Program-made: the position numbers and the translations under genes | Part shown: positions 8,548 through 10,248 of the stretch, piece after piece | Layout of the letters: every line of letters begins with the position of its first letter | Position numbering within the stretch: position 1 is the first letter of the stretch | Notes under the pieces: model-generated | Databases searched by the model: none | Told to the model about the DNA's origin: nothing | The model's input: the letters and a program-made list of their open reading frames with translations, nothing else | Source: a virus | Lineage: Duplodnaviria > Heunggongvirae > Uroviricota > Caudoviricetes | IMG/VR virus record: IMGVR_UViG_2663762839_000007 | Span: 1-10,248 of that record | Reading direction: 5' to 3' (one strand) | DNA length: 10,248 nucleotides

Positions 8548-8561
8548 GGAGGTGACGAAAA

Positions 8562-9011
8562 ATGATGCTCGCGTTAGGTATGTTTGTTTTTATGCGCCAG
8601 ACGCTGCCACACCAGACCATGCAGCGTGAATCAGATTATCGCTGGCCGTCAAATTCCCGTATCGGCAAACGGGATGCCTTTCAGTTTCTCGGTGTGGGTG
8701 AGGAAAACATCACGCTTGCCGGTGTGCTTTATCCCGAACTGACCGGCGGAAAGCTGACGATGACCACGCTCAGGCTGATGGCAGAGGAGGGGCGGGCGTG
8801 GCCGTTGCTGGATGGCACCGGCATGATTTACGGCATGTATGTCATCAGCAGGGTGAGTGAAACAGGGAGTATTTTCTTTGCAGACGGCACACCCCGGAAA
8901 ATTGATTTTACGCTGTCACTCACCCGCGTTGATGAATCACTGGCCGCGCTTTATGGCGATATCGGTATGCCAGCATGCCGCACATGCGCGTACAAGCCGC
9001 TATATCACTGA
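8562..9011 (+). CDS. U: Tail protein U (P2 gpU-like) with a non-native 3' end that reads out of frame into ogr
   Basis: AAGGAGGTGA ribosome-binding site before the ATG at 8562. The first ~135 aa look like gpU; the last 14 codons (MPACRTCAYKPLYH) are the ogr zinc-finger region read in another frame, and gene D is absent. Confidence 0.7.
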   Translation: MMLALGMFVFMRQTLPHQTMQRESDYRWPSNSRIGKRDAFQFLGVGEENITLAGVLYPELTGGKLTMTTLRLMAEEGRAWPLLDGTGMIYGMYVISRVSETGSIFFADGTPRKIDFTLSLTRVDESLAALYGDIGMPACRTCAYKPLYH

Positions 9012-9168
9012 CACGACAAAAGAGCGTTATCACCAGTGTCAGAACGTGAATTGCAGCGCCACGTTCATCACTTATGAGTCGGTACAGCGATACATCGTGA
9101 AGCCGGGAGAAGTCCACGCCGTAAGGCCGCACCCATTGCCGTCAGGGCAGCAAATTATGTGGATGTAA
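8953..9168 (+). CDS. ogr: Ogr/Delta-family zinc-finger late-gene activator, N-terminally altered (possible pseudogene)
   Basis: Translation from ATG 8953 gives MAISVCQHAAHARTSRYITDTTKERYHQCQNVNCSATF..., matching P2 Ogr from Cys7 onward as recalled. The N-terminal MFHCPLC is replaced by MAISVC, so the first cysteine of the C4 finger is missing, and no ribosome-binding site precedes the ATG. Confidence 0.75.
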   Translation: MAISVCQHAAHARTSRYITDTTKERYHQCQNVNCSATFITYESVQRYIVKPGEVHAVRPHPLPSGQQIMWM

Positions 9169-9180
9169 TTACAAACAGAA

Positions 9181-9208
9181 AGCCCCCTCAGTCGAGGGGG
9201 CTTTTTTG
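9181..9208 (+). terminator. Rho-independent terminator downstream of ogr
   Basis: AGCCCCCTC-AGTC-GAGGGGGCT perfect 9-bp stem followed by TTTTTT, 13 nt after the ogr stop. Confidence 0.85.
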
Positions 9209-9270
9209 TCGATGTGGTCAATGTGTGGACGTGACCAGAAATAAATCCTTTTATTTCATGTGATTAGATA

Positions 9271-9297
9271 TCAAAAAATGTCACCAATAACTGACAT
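9271..9297 (-). pseudogene. pflA: pflA 5' remnant: start codon plus four codons (MSVIG) fused to unrelated sequence, stop after 8 codons
   Basis: Minus strand reads GGAGAAACACCGCA-ATG TCA GTT ATT GGT, a ribosome-binding site followed by the MSVIG start I recall for E. coli PflA, lying 191 bp downstream of the pflB stop. Homology ends after codon 5 (GAC ATT TTT TGA). Confidence 0.6.
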
Positions 9298-9419
9298 TGC
9301 GGTGTTTCTCCAGATGTGGCCCATCTGAGGCCGTGTTGGTGCGCAGCTCGAAGGCTACGTCGAGTCTGTTTTGGCAGTCACCTTAAAGTATAGATAGCTG
9401 ACAAAAAAGGCTCTCGTGC

Positions 9420-9445
9420 TAAAAAAGGCCCCACTTTCGTGGAGC
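9420..9445 (-). terminator. Rho-independent terminator downstream of pflB
   Basis: On the minus strand, GGCTCCAC-GAAA-GTGGGGCC hairpin followed by TTTTTT, about 45 nt after the pflB stop. Confidence 0.7.
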
Positions 9446-9488
9446 CTTTATTGTACGCTTTTTACTGTACGATTTCAGTCAAATCTAA

Positions 9489-10248
9489 TTACATAGATTG
9501 AGTGAAGGTACGAGTAATAACGTCCTGCTGCTGTTCTTTAGTCAGCGAGTTGAAACGTACTGCGTAGCCAGATACACGGATGGTCAGCTGCGGATATTTT
9601 TCCGGGTTTTCCATCGCGTCAAGCAGCATTTCACGGTTCATCACGTTAACGTTCAGGTGCTGACCACCTTCGATGGATGCTTCGTGGTGGAAGTAACCAT
9701 CCATCAGACCTGCCAGGTTGGTCTTACGAACTTCGTCGTCTTTACCCAGTGCGTTCGGAACGATAGAGAAGGTGTAGGAGATACCATCTTTAGCGTAAGC
9801 AAACGGCAGTTTAGCAACGGAAGTCAGAGACGCTACAGCACCTTTCTGGTCACGACCGTGCATCGGGTTAGCACCCGGTCCGAACGGCGCGCCAGCACGA
9901 CGACCGTCTGGGGTGTTACCAGTTTTCTTACCATACACAACGTTAGACGTGATGGTCAGAACAGACTGAGTCGGGATAGCGTCACGGTAGGTGTGCAGTT
10001 TCTGAATTTTCTTCATGAAACGTTCTACCAGGTCAACAGCCAGGTCATCTACACGCGGATCGTTGTTACCAAACTGCGGGTATTCGCCTTCGATTTCGAA
10101 GTCGATAGCCAGACCGTCTTCGTCACGAATCGGTTTAACTTTCGCATATTTGATTGCAGACAGGGAGTCAGCAGCAACGGACAGACCAGCGATACCACAC
10201 GCCATGGTGCGGATAACGTCACGGTCGTGCAGCGCCATCAGAGAGGCT
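9489..10248 (-). CDS. pflB: Pyruvate formate-lyase (glycyl radical enzyme), C-terminal ~250 codons; the 5' end lies beyond the window
   Basis: Translation ends ...[34 protein letters not shown], containing the glycyl-radical motif RVSGYAV and the PflB C-terminus as recalled; codon usage is strongly E. coli-like and the frame stays open to the window end. Confidence 0.88.
   Translation of the reverse strand, partial: ASLMALHDRDVIRTMACGIAGLSVAADSLSAIKYAKVKPIRDEDGLAIDFEIEGEYPQFGNNDPRVDDLAVDLVERFMKKIQKLHTYRDAIPTQSVLTITSNVVYGKKTGNTPDGRRAGAPFGPGANPMHGRDQKGAVASLTSVAKLPFAYAKDGISYTFSIVPNALGKDDEVRKTNLAGLMDGYFHHEASIEGGQHLNVNVMNREMLLDAMENPEKYPQLTIRVSGYAVRFNSLTKEQQQDVITRTFTQSM

Larger units (their letters stand above)
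236..9282. mobile_element. Defective P2-like prophage remnant: cos-proximal cargo gene, cos, head/packaging module, and remnants of Y, U and ogr; no integrase, immunity, replication, tail or endolysin genes
   Basis: Gene order, orientation and protein lengths (Q 344, P 590, O 284, N 357, M 247, L 169, X 67 aa) match the P2 late region as I recall it; boundaries are inferred from a GC shift on the left and from the pflA start codon on the right. Confidence 0.8.

Noticed and set aside
8857-9168. ORF 8857-9168 as a novel 103-aa protein.
   Set aside because: Its first ~35 codons are the +1 frame of U starting at a GTG with no ribosome-binding site; only the part from about 8953 is a genuine Ogr-like coding sequence.
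9277-9298. Palindrome AATGTCA-N8-TGACATT as a transcription-factor operator (CRP/FNR-like) or phage att core.
   Set aside because: One arm is the pflA start codon region and the other is the sequence joined to it, so the symmetry is better explained as a junction feature; neither half-site matches the CRP or FNR consensus, and the P2 attP core as I recall it is not present.
1-10248. CRISPR arrays, tRNA or rRNA genes, insertion-sequence terminal repeats, and integrase or repressor genes.
   Set aside because: No regularly spaced direct repeats, no cloverleaf-like or rRNA-like segments, and no transposase or tyrosine-recombinase-like ORFs were seen; every substantial ORF is accounted for by the features listed.

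Overview
This window is a defective P2-like (Peduovirus-type) prophage remnant sitting between a truncated AbrB-family membrane-protein gene on the left and the 3' end of pflB on the right, in an Escherichia-like enterobacterial chromosome. All identifications rest on motif inspection and recalled protein sequences; no database search was run. From left to right: (1) the AbrB-like host gene fragment, whose last codons run into AT-rich foreign DNA; (2) a low-GC DNA cytosine-5 methyltransferase with no partner gene, lying next to the phage cos site where P2 carries old/tin; (3) a P2-type cos sequence; (4) an apparently intact head and packaging module (Q, P, O, N, M, L, plus X); (5) a holin-like gene that seems to be cut short and abuts the start of tail gene U, so the whole lysis/tail block between Y and U is missing; (6) a U reading frame that runs out of frame into an ogr-like gene, with gene D missing and the first zinc-ligand cysteine of Ogr lost; (7) a terminator, then about 75 bp of phage-side DNA joined to only the first five codons of pflA, followed by the normal pflB-pflA spacer and pflB. 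No integrase, repressor, replication gene, tRNA, rRNA or CRISPR array is present. The points most worth following up are the orphan methyltransferase in the cos-proximal cargo position, the retention of a complete capsid/terminase/cos module in a tail-less element, and the apparent loss of pflA.
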